From assembly GCA_030141605.1 (NCBI GenBank), contig JAQGDQ010001422.1, positions 1 through 41,869 on the forward strand: 41,869 nt of DNA. Reading direction: 5' to 3'. This document shows positions 1-11,844 of the stretch, piece by piece. A model generated the notes under the pieces. It ran no database searches. It was not told the DNA's origin and saw nothing but the letters and a program-made list of their open reading frames with translations. Within the stretch, counting starts at the first letter, position 1; the number at the start of each line of letters is the position of its first letter. A program made the translations under genes and the position numbers. Source of the DNA: Tubiluchus corallicola (lineage: Eukaryota > Animalia > Priapulida).

Positions 1-389
1 ATACAAAAATTGTCTATATTGAGCACAAGTAATTTTATTTAACATCTTAGGTAACACTAATCTCTAAAACTTAGGTAACACTAGTCTCTAAAATCTGTAT
101 TTATGCCTTAGAGCAAGAATTCTGCCGATTTTCTAATTGCACTCTGACAGTCTAACTTGTGACGTAATTAAAAGTGCAACCCTCCATTAGCACGGACTTG
201 TCAAACAAAAAGTAGTAATTAAGCATGCAGAGCAATTTTAATTTCTAACCTTAAAATGAGGTGGTCTTCTGACGTCAGTTTCTAGAACTTCGAGATCGTG
301 GAGAAAGTTTGTGGTTCATTTTTCGTTGTGAGGTCGTTTTACAACAAGGTAATAAACAGGCATAACATTTGGAAAAGTCATCAGACAAA

Positions 390-467
390 TGGCCAGTCCC
401 ACTAGTAGAGGCTCTCTTTTTACCTGTCTTCCCGTTGAAAGGAAATGTTGATGAAAGGGATTTTGAG
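390..467 (+). CDS. RSKR: RSKR-like pre-kinase exon, 3' part (WPVPLVEALFLPVFPLKGNVDERDFE)
   Basis: Matches the conserved WPVP-x4-LFLP-x-FP motif that precedes the RSKR kinase domain. Donor GAG|GTGAGG at 468, phase 0. The 5' boundary is unclear because of an in-frame TAA at 363-365. Confidence 0.8.
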
Positions 468-1201
468 GTGAGGCAATGTTCGTTAATCATCTCACAATTC
501 TAAGAACATTTTCACACTTACAACTGAATTACTGGTTTTTTGTCTATGCTGATTTTGTTCGTGTTTGGTATTGTATTGATAAATTTAAAACATGTCGTGA
601 AGCTCACGATTTCTTTATCTTATTTTTTTATTAGTTCTTAATTATGATCATTAGTCATATTATTACATTCTCTCGTTAAAACATTAAAAATCCCACACAA
701 GAAATTTCAGCTATAAAATAAGTCTATTTCTTTATATACAGTCTAAACTTTCATCCTTGAACTAGTCTGCATAACATTTACCTTCATTGAATTGCTGGCT
801 TCCTTGCTTCATGGAAAAAACTTACCTGGACAGTTGACTTTCAGAGATCATTGAGTAAGCATGTAACTTAAACTGAGAGAGCAATGTATAGTGTTATTAA
901 TGATTTATAAAAATAAAGCTCACCTGTATTCTACTTGAATTCTACCTGTATTCTAGTGTCTTAGCAATTACCTCCAGAACTTCTTCATAAAACATGGTCC
1001 TAATTGGACGAGTTTAACATTATTCTGAAACTTTGATATGTAAAAACTATGTCAATGATTAGTAATATGCAGCAGTCTGATACAAAGAGTAGATGCAGAA
1101 GAAGATGAGCCCTGTTGATAATGCCATAGAGCCGTTAATTTTTATCTAATTTGTATATAAATTCAAAAGCTTAAATTAGAAACATGTTAGGACTTACCCA
1201 T

Positions 1202-1570
1202 TGTTGTGGAGATCGCTGGCATCTATTAGAATTAAATAGAACATTGTAGAATGTTCCGTTAGAATAATCGTCTTACCGTGTAGAATGTTCTGGAAAGAAA
1301 CTTATAGAAGCTTCTCGGGCACGCTATATAAGGCGAAGCAGGCCGCTGACAGACGCACACGGATTCACACAGACGCCACTTACACATTCTCTTGTATACT
1401 TGTATTATCAGATACACTCAAACGTTTTCCAGATTTTCACATTTAGTGTAATCATTTCGCGTTCCTTCATACTTTTGTGTTGTAGAATTCTCGCTTAATA
1501 AACTAGTTTAATTTGATGAAGTGTTTTCAGGTTTTCTCTACGAGCCTTCCGAGAGAAACAAAACACAACA
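1202..1570 (+). mobile_element. Solo LTR (369 bp), BEL/Pao-like termini
   Basis: TGTTG...CAACA ends; perfect 5-bp TSD CCCAT (1197-1201 and 1571-1575); TATATAA near 1325 and AATAAA near 1497. Confidence 0.85.
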
Positions 1571-1790
1571 CCCATTAATGTTCCTGATAAAGTACCGGTA
1601 CAAAAATTAAATATTTCATGCTTGATCTGCTGTAAAAACCCATAAAAGTGAAAAAAGCTAGATATTAGTATGACTGTGTTGTGTTTATGTACATGTCAAT
1701 TTTATCTTACTCATTTACACGTTTAAAATTTTAGTTTTTGAAAGTCTAAATCTTGAAAAATAAATCTATGCCGTTAACAAGCGAGCATAT

Positions 1791-2171
1791 TGTTGTGTTT
1801 TGTTTCTCTCGGAAGGCTCGTAGAGAAAACCAGAAAACACTTTGTCAAATTAAACTAGTTTATTAAGCGAGAATTCCACAACACAAAAGTATGAAGGAAC
1901 GTGAAATGTTTACAGTAAACGTGAAAATCTGGAAAACGTTTGAGTGTATCTGAAAATACAAGTATACAAGAGAATGTGTAAGTGGCGTCCGTGTGAATCT
2001 CCATGTGCCCGTCTCAGCGGCCTGCTTCGCCTTATATAGGGTGCCAGGGAACATTCTAGACGTTTCCTTCTAGAACATTCTACACGGTAAGACGATTATC
2101 CTAACCGGACCTAACGGAACATTCTACAATGTTCTATTTAATTCCAATAGATGCCAGCGATCTCCACAAAA
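1791..2171 (-). mobile_element. Second solo LTR of the same family, inverted
   Basis: Reverse complement of 1202-1570 with scattered substitutions; flanks CATAT/GATAT (4 of 5 match as TSD). Confidence 0.82.
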
Positions 2172-2226
2172 GATATGATATCTGATATCTATAAAACGAC
2201 AAATTTTATTTTGTATTCTGTTTTAG

Positions 2227-2310
2227 GTTGTAAAGAAATTAGGGAAAGGTGCTTTTGGAGAGGTGCTTAAAGTCATCCGAAGGGATACTGGTCAAAAATT
2301 TGCCATGAAA
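2227..2310 (+). CDS. RSKR: Kinase exon, subdomains I-II (VVKKLGKGAFGEVLKVIRRDTGQKFAMK)
   Basis: Acceptor TTTTAG, donor GTATGT; Gly-rich loop and catalytic Lys; 84 nt, phase 0/0. Confidence 0.93.
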
Positions 2311-2437
2311 GTATGTAATTGTAACCCGTTACAAAGTTGTTTCAATTCTTGTTGTTTTGTGAGATATCGAATAGAGGAAACCTTTGAATGCGTGACAGTC
2401 ATTTCATGCAGAAATTTAATTGGCTTTTTTTCTAGTT

Positions 2438-2845
2438 GTCAGGGAGAATTCTGGAAAATCCTTGAAAATACAGGCAATCTTGGAAAGTCAGGGAAGAACT
2501 ATATTTGATAAAACGATGAAAATGGGGCGAAAAGTCGGTAAAATTGGAAAGGTTGCAAAAATAATCGCCGTGAACCGATCTTTTTCCAAAGATTTTTTTT
2601 CAGCAATTCTCTCTGTTCAAATAAAAATTTGCTATGACAGGCTCCCAGTTTCAATTTCTGTTCTATAAATAATGATTGGCCAACACATATCAGTATACGT
2701 ATGAATGTTCATACACAATAATGTTTGAATACGTATCCTGGTAATACAATTTCTGCTTATCTTGGTCTTGCAAAATCAATATTTGGTCATGGAAAAATGA
2801 TGAAAAAGTCAGGGAAATTTATTTTAAAATTCTGTGGGAACCCTG
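2438..2845. mobile_element. Degenerate hAT-like MITE remnant
   Basis: Ends in GGGAACCCTG with repeated GTCAGGGA subterminal motifs; other terminus not recognisable. Confidence 0.4.
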
Positions 2846-2976
2846 AACAGTCAAGATGAGATTTCCAGAAATTTTCTTTCTAGCAACATTCAGCTAAGTT
2901 AGATTTCGTAATTTGACTTCTATGTATGCGGTTTAACTTTTTCAGTGTCCTAGCTAATAACTATCCTCCTCATTTT

Positions 2977-3273
2977 CATAGGCGTACGAGCCGGGAGGGC
3001 TTTTGTCCCCCTGGATTCGGGCAAACACATTTTTTGGGCAATCACCAAATTTTTCGGGCACCGGCCAAATGATGAAAAAATAAAAAAATATTTTTCGTGA
3101 AAGGAAATCTCGAAATCCGGGCATTTTTGATCACGGGGTGGGGTCAAACATGCCCCAACGCGATGTTGACCTGCTCTTTTTGGTGCTGTATGTATTTATG
3201 GCACTGTATTTTTCGGGTAAAAGTGGCTTAGCCCCCCACTCCGGGCTGAAAAAAATCGACATGTATGCTTATG
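2977..3273. mobile_element. hAT-like MITE
   Basis: TIR CATAGGCGTAC / GTATGCTTATG; 8-bp TSD CTCATTTT / CTGATTTT (1 mismatch). Confidence 0.7.
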
Positions 3274-3482
3274 CTGATTTTGAAATTATCGCCGTAATAT
3301 CACATTAAAAAACTAGTATGAAAAAAATACTAAGTAAGGTGTGTTTAATAGGTGTGACCGTCGAATGTTCTGTTTTTTTTAGTTGAAATTCATTTCGAAC
3401 CTAAAAGTAAGAATTCGAATAATTAGTTATTTCAACTACAAAAGTTCTTTATCGTTAAAGTGTTTGAAACATCATTCAATCA

Positions 3483-4066
3483 GCACAATTTAACTGTGAT
3501 TCCTGTGCACAGTTTAACCGTGATTCTTATGCACAGTTTAACTGTGATTCTTGTGCACAGTTTAACTGTGATTCTTGTGCACAATTTAACTGTGATTACT
3601 GTGCACAATTTAACCGTGATTCGTGTGCACAATTTAACCGTGATTCGTGTGCACAATTTAACCGTCATTCTTGTGCACAATTTAACCGTCATTCTTGTGC
3701 ACAATTTAACCGTCATTCTTGCGCACAATTTAACCGTCATTCTTGTGCACAATTTAACCGTGATTCTTATGCACAATTTAACCGTCATTCTTGTGCACAA
3801 TTTAACCGTGATTCTTATGCACAATTTAACCGTGATTCTTATGCACAATTTAACTGTGATTCTTGTGCACAATTTAACCGTGATTCTTGTGCACAATTTA
3901 ACCGTGATTCTTGCGCACAATTTAACTGTGATTCTTGCACACAATTTAACTGTGATTCTTGCGTACAATTTAACCGTGATTCTTGTGCACAATTTAACCG
4001 TGATTCTTGCGCACAATTTAACTGTGATTCTTGCGCACAATTTAACTGTGATTCTTGTGCACAATT
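3483..4066. repeat. 24-bp minisatellite, ~24 copies (GCACAATTTAACCGTGATTCTTGT)
   Basis: Direct reading; 8-aa periodicity in the ORF track. Confidence 0.97.
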
Positions 4067-4386
4067 TTTAAACAAATTCTCAGTGTTTTAACAGCAGAAA
4101 AAACAAGATAATGTAAGATTTATTCTGCTTTGCAGTAAGCAATATGCAATGATCTTTGCGAGAACACTTTTTATTAATGAATCGAAAACATTTGAAAATG
4201 ATTCTGAATTCGATACAAATTCGAAATCTTGAAATTCATGTTTGATTAGAGGTTTGAAAGGTCAAAATTTCACTTCAAATTTCCTCTCTGATGGAGAATG
4301 CTCACCTCTTGTGATCAAAATGCTTATATTATTTAAAATAAACTATTATTAACTTTAACTTATTAACAGTTTTTTTTTATTTACAG

Positions 4387-4455
4387 ATTTTGTCGAAAGC
4401 GCAAATCTTTCGGGGCAATGCTGTTCAACAATGTAAAGACGAAGTCACTATACAG
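4387..4455 (+). CDS. RSKR: Kinase exon, alphaC (ILSKAQIFRGNAVQQCKDEVTIQ)
   Basis: Acceptor TTTACAG, donor GTAACG; QCK.EV.IQ as in RSKR; 69 nt, phase 0/0. Confidence 0.93.
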
Positions 4456-4610
4456 GTAACGTCTTCTTGCAGTTATGACAGTAACGTGTTTCATTGTAAA
4501 TAAAAATATGAGTTTTAAAACAGATCAACAAACAAAATTCCGAAATTAGAATCACCATAGCAATTAGAATTCCACAACATCAGAATCACCATAGCAATTT
4601 ATAGACTTAA

Positions 4611-7600
4611 GGTACGGCTTCATTTATACGTAATGCGTGATGCTTGTCCGTAATGCGTATACAACAGTTTGTATTTAAACATGTAAAAGTGTTTCCATTT
4701 GTACGTAATGCGTGATGCGTAATGCGTATACAACAGTTTGTATTTAAACATGTAAAAGTGTTTCCATTTGTACGTAATGCATGATGCGTGTCCGTAATGC
4801 GTATACAACAGTTTGTATTTAAACATGTAAAAGTGTTTCCATATGTACATAATGCGTAATCCGTAATACGTATACAACAGTTTGTATTTAAACATGTAAA
4901 AGTGTTTCCATTTGTACGTAATGCGTGATGCATAATGCGTATACTACAGTTTGTATTTAAACATGTAAAAGTGTTTCCATTTGTACATAATGCGTAATGC
5001 GTATACAACAGTTTGTATTTAAACATGTAAAAGTGTTTCCATTTGTACGTAATGCGTGATGCGTAATGCGTATACAACAGTTTGTATTTAAACATGTAAA
5101 AGTGTTTCCATTTGTACGTAATGCGTGATGCGTAATGCGTATACAACAGTTTGTATTTAAACATGTAGAAGTTTTTCCATTTGTATGTAATGCATGATGC
5201 ATGTCTGTAATGCGTATACAACAGTTTGTATTTAAACATGTAGAAGTGTTTCCATTTGTACGTAATGCGTGATGCATGTCCATAATGCGTATACAACAGT
5301 TTGTATTTAAACATGTAAAAGTGTTTCCATTTGTACGTAATGCATGATGCATGTCCGTAATGCGTATACAACAGTTTGTATTTAAACATGTAAAAGTGTT
5401 TCCATTTGTACGTAATGCATGATGCATGTCCGTAATGCGTATACAACAGTTTGTATTTAAACATGTAGAAGTGTTTCCATTTGTACGTAATGCGTGATGC
5501 ATGTCCGTAATGCGTATACAACAGTTTGTATTTAAACATGTAGAAGTGTTTCCATTTGTACGTAATGCGTGATGCATGTCCGTAATGCGTATACAACAGT
5601 TTGTATTTAAACATGTAAAAGTGTTTCCATTTGTACGTAATGCGTGATGCATGTCCGTAATGCGTATACAACAGTTTGTATTTAAACATGTAAAAGTGTT
5701 TCCATTTGTACGTAATGCATGATGCGTGTCCGTAATGCGTATACAACAGTTTGTATTTAAACATGTAGAAGTGTTTCCATTTGTACGTAATGCGTGATGC
5801 ATGTCCGTAATGCGTATACAACAGTTTGTATTTAAACATGTAAAAGCGTTTCCATATGTACATAATGCGTGATGCGTAATGCGTATACAACAGTTTGTAT
5901 TTAAACATGTAAAAGTGTTTCCATATGTACATAATGCGTGATGCGTAATGCGTATACAACAGTTTGCATTTAAACATGTAAAAGTGTTTCCATATGTACG
6001 TAATGCGTGATGCGTAATGCATATACAACAGTTTGTATTTAAACATGTAAAAGTGTTTCCATTTGTACGTAATGCATGATGCATGTCCGTAATGCGTATA
6101 CAACAGTTTGTATTTAAACATGTAGAAGTGTTTCCATTTGTACGTAATGCCTGATGCGTGTCCGTAATGCGTATACAACAGTTTGTATTTAAACATGTAA
6201 AAGCGTTTCCATATGTACATAATGCGTGATGCGTAATGCGTATACAACAGTTTGCATTTAAACATGTAAAAGTGTTTCCATATGTACGTAATGCGTGATG
6301 CGTAATGCATATGCAACAGTTTGTATTTAAACATGTAGAAGTGTTTCCATTTGTACGTAATGCATGATGCATGTCTGTAATGCGTATACAACAGTTTGTA
6401 TTTAAACATGTAGAAGTGTTTCCATTTGTACGTAATGCGTGATGCATGTCCGTAATGCGTATACAACAGTTTGTATTTAAACATGTAAAAGTGTTTCCAT
6501 TTGTACGTAATGCATGATGCATGTCCGTAATGCGTATACAACAGTTTGTATTTAAACATGTAGAAGTGTTTCCATTTGTACGTAATGCGTGATGCATGTC
6601 CGTAATGCGTATACAACAGTTTGTATTTAAACATGTAGAAGTGTTTCCATTTGTACGTAATGCATGCTGCATGTCCGTAATGCGTATACAACAGTTTGTA
6701 TTTAAACATGTAGAAGTGTTTCCATTTGTACGTAATGCATGATGCATGTCCGTAATGCGTATACAACAGTTTGTATTTAAACATGTAGAAGTGTTTCCAT
6801 TTGTACGTAATGCGTGATGCATGTCCGTAATGCGTATACAACAGTTTGTATTTAAACATGTAGAAGTGTTTCCATTTGTACGTAATGCGTGATGCATGTC
6901 CGTAATGCGTATACAACAGTTTGTATTTAAACATGTAAAAGTGTTTCCATATGTACATAATGCGTGATGCGTAATGCGTATACAACAGTTTGTATTTAAA
7001 CATGTAAAAGTGTTTCCATTTGTACATAATGCATAATGCGTAATGTGTATACAACAGTTTGCATTTAAAAGTGTAGAAGTGTTTCCATACGTAATGTGTA
7101 ATGTGTATACAACAGTTTGCATTTAAACATGTAAAAGTGTTTCCATATGTACGTAATGCGTGATGCATGTCCGTAATGCGTATACAACAGTTTGTATTTA
7201 AACATGTAAAAGTGTTTCCATATGTACGTAATGCGTGATGCGTAATGCGTATACAACAGTTTGTATTTAAACATGTAAAAGTGTTTCCATTTGTACATAA
7301 TGCATAATGCGTATTGCGTATACAACAGTTTGTATTTAAAAATGTAAAAGCGTTTCCATTTGTACGTAATGCGTGATGCGTAATGCGTATACAACAGTTT
7401 GTATTTAAACATGTAAAAGTGTTTCCATTTGTACATAATGCGTGATGCGTAATGCGTATACAACAGTTTGTATTTAAACATGTAGAAGTGTTTCCATATG
7501 TACGTAATGCGTGATGCGTAATGCGTATACAACAGTTTGTATTTAAACATGTAAAAGTGTTTCCATTTGTACATAATGCGTGATGCGTAATGCGTATACA

Positions 7601-8354
7601 ACAGTTTGTATTTAAACATGTAAAAGTGTTTCCATATGTACGTAATGCGTGATGCGTAATGCGTATACAACAGTTTGTATTTAAACATGTAAAAGTGTTT
7701 CCATATGTACGTAATGCGTAATGCGTGATGCATATACAACAGTTTGTATTTAAACATGTAAAAGTGTTTCCATATGTACGTAATATGTAATGCGTGATCA
7801 GTTTTCATTCGAACGTGATCACTATCGTCTGAATACGCATCAAGCAGCAATATGCAGATGGGAAACCGCCATTTTGCCTAGGTGATTTTAGTTTTCAAGT
7901 TTCCGGTGACCGTTTTCACTGTTTAGCTTTCTGAAAATTCTAGTTAGGTGAGTTTTGGTCACTTTAGGACCAATAAACAATAACATTTTTTCTATTTGGG
8001 TTTTTGAGAGGTGGAAGAGGCATGTAGTTATGTGTTGTGCATGAGACTTTCTCACTAAAGGATGATAAAAACCAAATGTTTTCTTCCCTGCAAAATGTTG
8101 TGCACCCAAAACCTGTGCTTTTTCCTTGCGTCTATTAGTACAATAATAATTTAATGCTGTAGCTATAATTTCACACTTAAATTTCAACAAAGACATGGTT
8201 TCCAAAAATTATTGCTTATACAGACCAAAAATGGCGGAAAGAGCGCCGTGAGCTTTGTTAATATGCGTAGCTTTTACAGACACATGGAAACGGTCAAAAT
8301 GCATGACTCAATGCATATCACAGATCATGCATTACGCCAAATTGGAGTCGTAGC
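4611..8354. mobile_element. Non-autonomous TTAA-flanked DNA transposon (Kolobok-like), inflated by an internal satellite
   Basis: TTAA at 4607-4610 and 8355-8358; imperfect ~31-bp TIR GGTACGGCTTCATTTATACGTAATGCGTGAT versus rc GCTACGACTCCAATTTGGCGTAATGCATGAT. Confidence 0.65.
4626..7798. repeat. Minisatellite of mainly 69- and 75-bp units, ~44 copies
   Basis: Unit TACGTAATGCGTGATG(CATGTC)CGTAATGCGTATACAACAGTTTGTATTTAAACATGTAAAAGTGTTTCCATTTG; 23/25-aa periodicity in the minus-strand ORFs. Confidence 0.97.
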
Positions 8355-8524
8355 TTAAGTTCTAAATTGACTTAAAAAAATAATGACTTAATGTTCCCTA
8401 ATTGAGTAAAACTGCTCTCTTTTCACGTTTCACTTTACTCTGTTGCCGTTTTCGTTTAACGTTTTGGTGGTAGTAGAACTATTTATTCTACTGAGTTTGT
8501 ATTCATTTATATCTTTATTAACAG

Positions 8525-8597
8525 TGGATGTTGGGACATCACCCGTTTATTGTTCAGATACATCATTATTGGCAAAACCGTAACAGTTTGTATATAG
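8525..8597 (+). CDS. RSKR: Kinase exon, subdomains IV-V (WMLGHHPFIVQIHHYWQNRNSLYI)
   Basis: Acceptor TTAACAG, donor GTAAGT; HPFIV motif; 73 nt, phase 0/1. Confidence 0.92.
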
Positions 8598-8618
8598 GTA
8601 AGTTGCGATTTTTGTATA

Positions 8619-9621
8619 CAGTGGAACCTCGACTTACGAAAACCCTGTTGTACGAAAAATTCAGAATGCGAATCGGGCTCCGAAGAAATTTCCGTCCCGT
8701 TTAATGAAAAAATATTCAAGATACAAAAACGAAAATTGAAATTGACGCTCGACAGCGGTCCTCCCAGAATGCATTTCGTAGCATCACGTGAACGCTTTGT
8801 TGTGCTCTTGTCCATTGTCTTGCGTTTTTGTGCTGTGCATTTTGAGTAAAATTTGTGTTGGTTCGCATTCATTAACCACGGGTCTGAAAAATCCAGTGCC
8901 GGTGGTAGTGATAAGAAGAAAAAGATGATGTCGATGGAAACAAAGTTTGAAATTGTAAAGTCAAACCAAGCACAATATTTACACTTTATACGACTGTTTT
9001 GGGGGGGGGGGGGCTGGAACGAAATACAGTCATACACCCGTTGTCGAACGTCTCCGTACTCGTACAAATTGGTTTTCAACCAGAAAATTCGAGCTGAAAT
9101 TGTCTCCATTCTCGACCAGAATTTCGGTACTCGACCAACCGCCAAACATGTCATAAGCGCATGCGCGGCGAGCCGAGTAGAGCCGAGCGTAACCGACCGC
9201 GCTCGAGTCATACACGTGTTTCTGCTCTTGCTTACATATACCATCATACTGCTACCAACACGTAAGGTTTTTTCATGCTGGAATAATTATGTTTTTCTTT
9301 CACTGTAATTCTATTATGTTTTTCTTATCAATATATCATATCGGCTGTTTGAATAAACATTTTTGCATTATTATATTTCACTTTAGTAATATTTTACAGT
9401 TCATTTGGTGCTTGAGAACGGATTATTTGATTTTACATTATTTCTTATGGGAATAAATGATTCGGTTTTCAACCAAATCGGTTTTCAAACACGAATTATG
9501 GTCGAAAACCGAGATATGACTGTACGCCATTTATAGGGTAAATCTTGTCTCATAATACGAAAATTCTAAGGTACGAAAGCCCCTCCGGAACGAATTAATT
9601 TCCTATCTCGAGGTATCACTG
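8619..9621 (+). mobile_element. Tigger/pogo-like non-autonomous element with remnant of transposase N-terminus
   Basis: TA-flanked TIR CAGTGGAACCTCGACTTACGAA / TTCCTATCTCGAGGTATCACTG; DKKKKMMSMETKFEIVK (about 8910-8960) resembles the CENP-B/psq HTH start of Tigger transposases. Confidence 0.78.
9027..9522. mobile_element. Second Tigger/pogo-like MITE nested in the first
   Basis: TA|CAGTCATACACCCGTTGTCGA ... TCGAAAACCGAGATATGACTG|TA. Confidence 0.75.
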
Positions 9622-9868
9622 TAATTTGACAACAAATGTTCGCTTAGTAGTACCTTATCAGACCATTCCAAAAATATGTTTAATTTGAAAATGTTTAACA
9701 GGTTTTAATGCGACTGACTGTATATGCACACTTATAAATGGTTTATTATGATCTCACAAGTTAAACAGAATGAAATTTCATTCTATTTCTGCAGCTTTTT
9801 CGATTCAGAATTGCATCTGTCTAATAGTTAATATGTGTGACATTCTCATTTTTGAAGTAATATGTTTG

Positions 9869-10521
9869 CTTGCATAGCAAAATCGTCCATAAGTCGTCAG
9901 TTTAAGCTTTCTAGTTATTTGCATATACATACATATACACCTAAATCTCCATTTCATGAGGATCATTTTGATACCAAGCTCATTGCTCTATGTTATTTCT
10001 AAGCTGAGATAATCCACGTTGAAGTTGAGGTGCAGGCTGCACATTGAAAAACATAATCTTGAGAAAATCACTGTTAAAGTCAGCCATTGTTTTTTGTCGC
10101 ATTTCTACAAAACACTTAGCAACCGTATGAAAGTCTGGTTGCTATAGATTTTGTAAGAGCACATTGAAGTTATGTTTAAATCCAATAGATGACTCTTCCC
10201 GACGAAGATCTGGGCTTGTCAACAGAAAAAACCCGAATCAAAATGCCTCCTGCCACGAGCTAATATCAGAGTTTGAAAATACAAGTTTTTTGCAATTGCA
10301 GTACTAGTTTCAAGCACGAAAAATGGGCACGGAGTTATAAAATTAGATTTTTAGTATTTTTTTAACATTTTCTTGATAATTTGTTTATAGAAAATAAAAG
10401 TCCAATATATTTAGCGTTTGTTTTCATAAAAAATAAAAAATTGACATTTTTGGTGCTTTGTACTTTGAAGTATCATAACGTAGTTTGACAATGTCGACTT
10501 ATGGACGATTTTGTTTACAAG
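9869..10521. mobile_element. Unclassified ~650-bp TIR element (family also at 29887-30524 and 40691-41337)
   Basis: TIR CTTGCATAGCAAAATCGTCCATAAGTCG / CGACTTATGGACGATTTTGTTTACAAG; three dispersed copies in the window. Confidence 0.8.
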
Positions 10522-10567
10522 AAAGTCTGATAACATAATTTTTATTATATTGTAATTTGTCTTTTAG

Positions 10568-10716
10568 TTTTTGAATATTTATCACATGGCGAAATGTTCG
10601 CACTATGGAAACGGCAGGGATATTTTAGTGAAAGGGTCACTAGACTTTATATAGCTCAGCTGGCACTGGCTATAGATTACTTGCATAATGCTGGCGTTAT
10701 TTACAGGGATATTAAG
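10568..10716 (+). CDS. RSKR: Kinase exon, subdomains V-VIb (VFEYLSHGEMF...YLHNAGVIYRDIK)
   Basis: Acceptor CTTTTAG, donor GTAAGA; 149 nt, phase 1/0; YRDIK catalytic loop. Confidence 0.95.
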
Positions 10717-11201
10717 GTAAGAACCTTTATTAAATTCACAGTAACTGGAATAAAATAAGTGCCCAAGTAAAAATACCCAAAACTATTTATAGTTTCAAAA
10801 AGTACTTGAAAAGGACCATTTTTGATTCATACTTATAATACAATTTTAATGGTTCCAATTCACATGCAGTCGCAATGTATGGCCTCCAATCAATTATAAT
10901 GCTATTTTAATACACCTCTATGTAAATTAAACATACACTGTGGTCGTTTCCTCTCCTCCCTTCCTTTTTCCTATCCCTAATCTTACTATTTATTTCCATT
11001 CCATCATGTCTACTAACCCTAGCCATTCTTTCATTCACTCATTTCTGCCACCTTAACAAGCCAAGCTTTCAAGGTGTCATACAGCAACTCTTTTATTTGG
11101 TTAATTTGACTTCATCAACGTTTTTTTACCTATACTGTTTCTTTTTGTTTCAATAATATTGTATGTTGATGTATTGTATATGTATTGCTGGAGTGAAATA
11201 A

Positions 11202-11278
<77 letters not shown>

Positions 11279-11406
11279 CTGACTGACTGACTGACTGACT
11301 GACTGACTGACTGACTGACTGACTGACTGACTGACTGACTGACTGACTGACTGACTGACTGACTGACTGACTGACTGACTGACTGACTGATTGATTGATT
11401 GATTGA
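11202..11406. repeat. Compound microsatellite (GATT)n(GACT)n(GATT)n, possibly the tail of an L2/CR1-type retroelement
   Basis: Direct reading; begins immediately after AAATAAA. The retroelement-tail interpretation is inference only. Confidence 0.9.
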
Positions 11407-11591
11407 GAACAGTGACAGCTACTCCAGACATAGTCACACTAAAACAAGGTGTTATTAAATCAACTGACAAATTTCTGTTTTGGCATCGCATTGTGTTTTC
11501 TTGTTCTGTTTTAATTTGATTATCTTAAACTTTGTGTTTTTGGTTTTTTGTGTCTGCTTTTTCTTAAGGGATTAATTGCAGAGTTAGTTAA

Positions 11592-11673
11592 AGGAAAATC
11601 GGACGTTTATTTAGACTCAATCTCATTTTAATTTACTGTCCAAAATATACATTTTATTGCCTATAAAAGTTAG
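11592..11673 (+). mobile_element. Truncated left end of the Kolobok-like MITE found complete at 11845-12390
   Basis: TTAA|AGGAAAATCGGACG...CCTATAAAAGTTAG matches the first ~80 bp of the downstream element. Confidence 0.7.
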
Positions 11674-11844
11674 TAATAATGTAAAATCATCATCAGTATT
11701 AATTTAAACTATAAAGAATCTTAAAATTGAAGCAAAAGATTTCTATACATGAAATGCTATTACAATTAGGCAGGACTGTGAAAAGTCTCCATTGCTGTTC
11801 TCACAAAATGGCTATTAAACAAAAAAAATGACATGTCTATTTAA

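Noticed and set aside
775-960. Minus-strand nested exons suggested by CTTACC/CTCACC donor-like motifs
   Set aside because: No matching acceptors or coherent reading frame could be built.
3460-4075. Overlapping repetitive ORFs on both strands
   Set aside because: Artefact of the 24-bp minisatellite.
3349-4310. MITE enclosing the 24-bp array
   Set aside because: The putative TIRs (TAGGTGTGACCG / TGCTCACCTCT) are too degenerate and no TSD was found.
4607-7850. 853-aa, 721-aa and 261-aa minus-strand ORFs
   Set aside because: They are translations of a 69/75-bp satellite whose units are multiples of 3 and stop-free in two frames. They lie in a kinase intron inside a MITE, with no unique coding region.
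8507-9308. 246-aa minus and 151-aa plus ORFs
   Set aside because: They cross nested MITE boundaries; only a short Tigger-like remnant is recognisable.
10810-11200. 3' end of an L2/CR1 LINE upstream of the GATT tract
   Set aside because: The AATAAA plus microsatellite tail is suggestive, but I could not recognise an ORF2 motif or TSD; a Dfam/Repbase search is needed.
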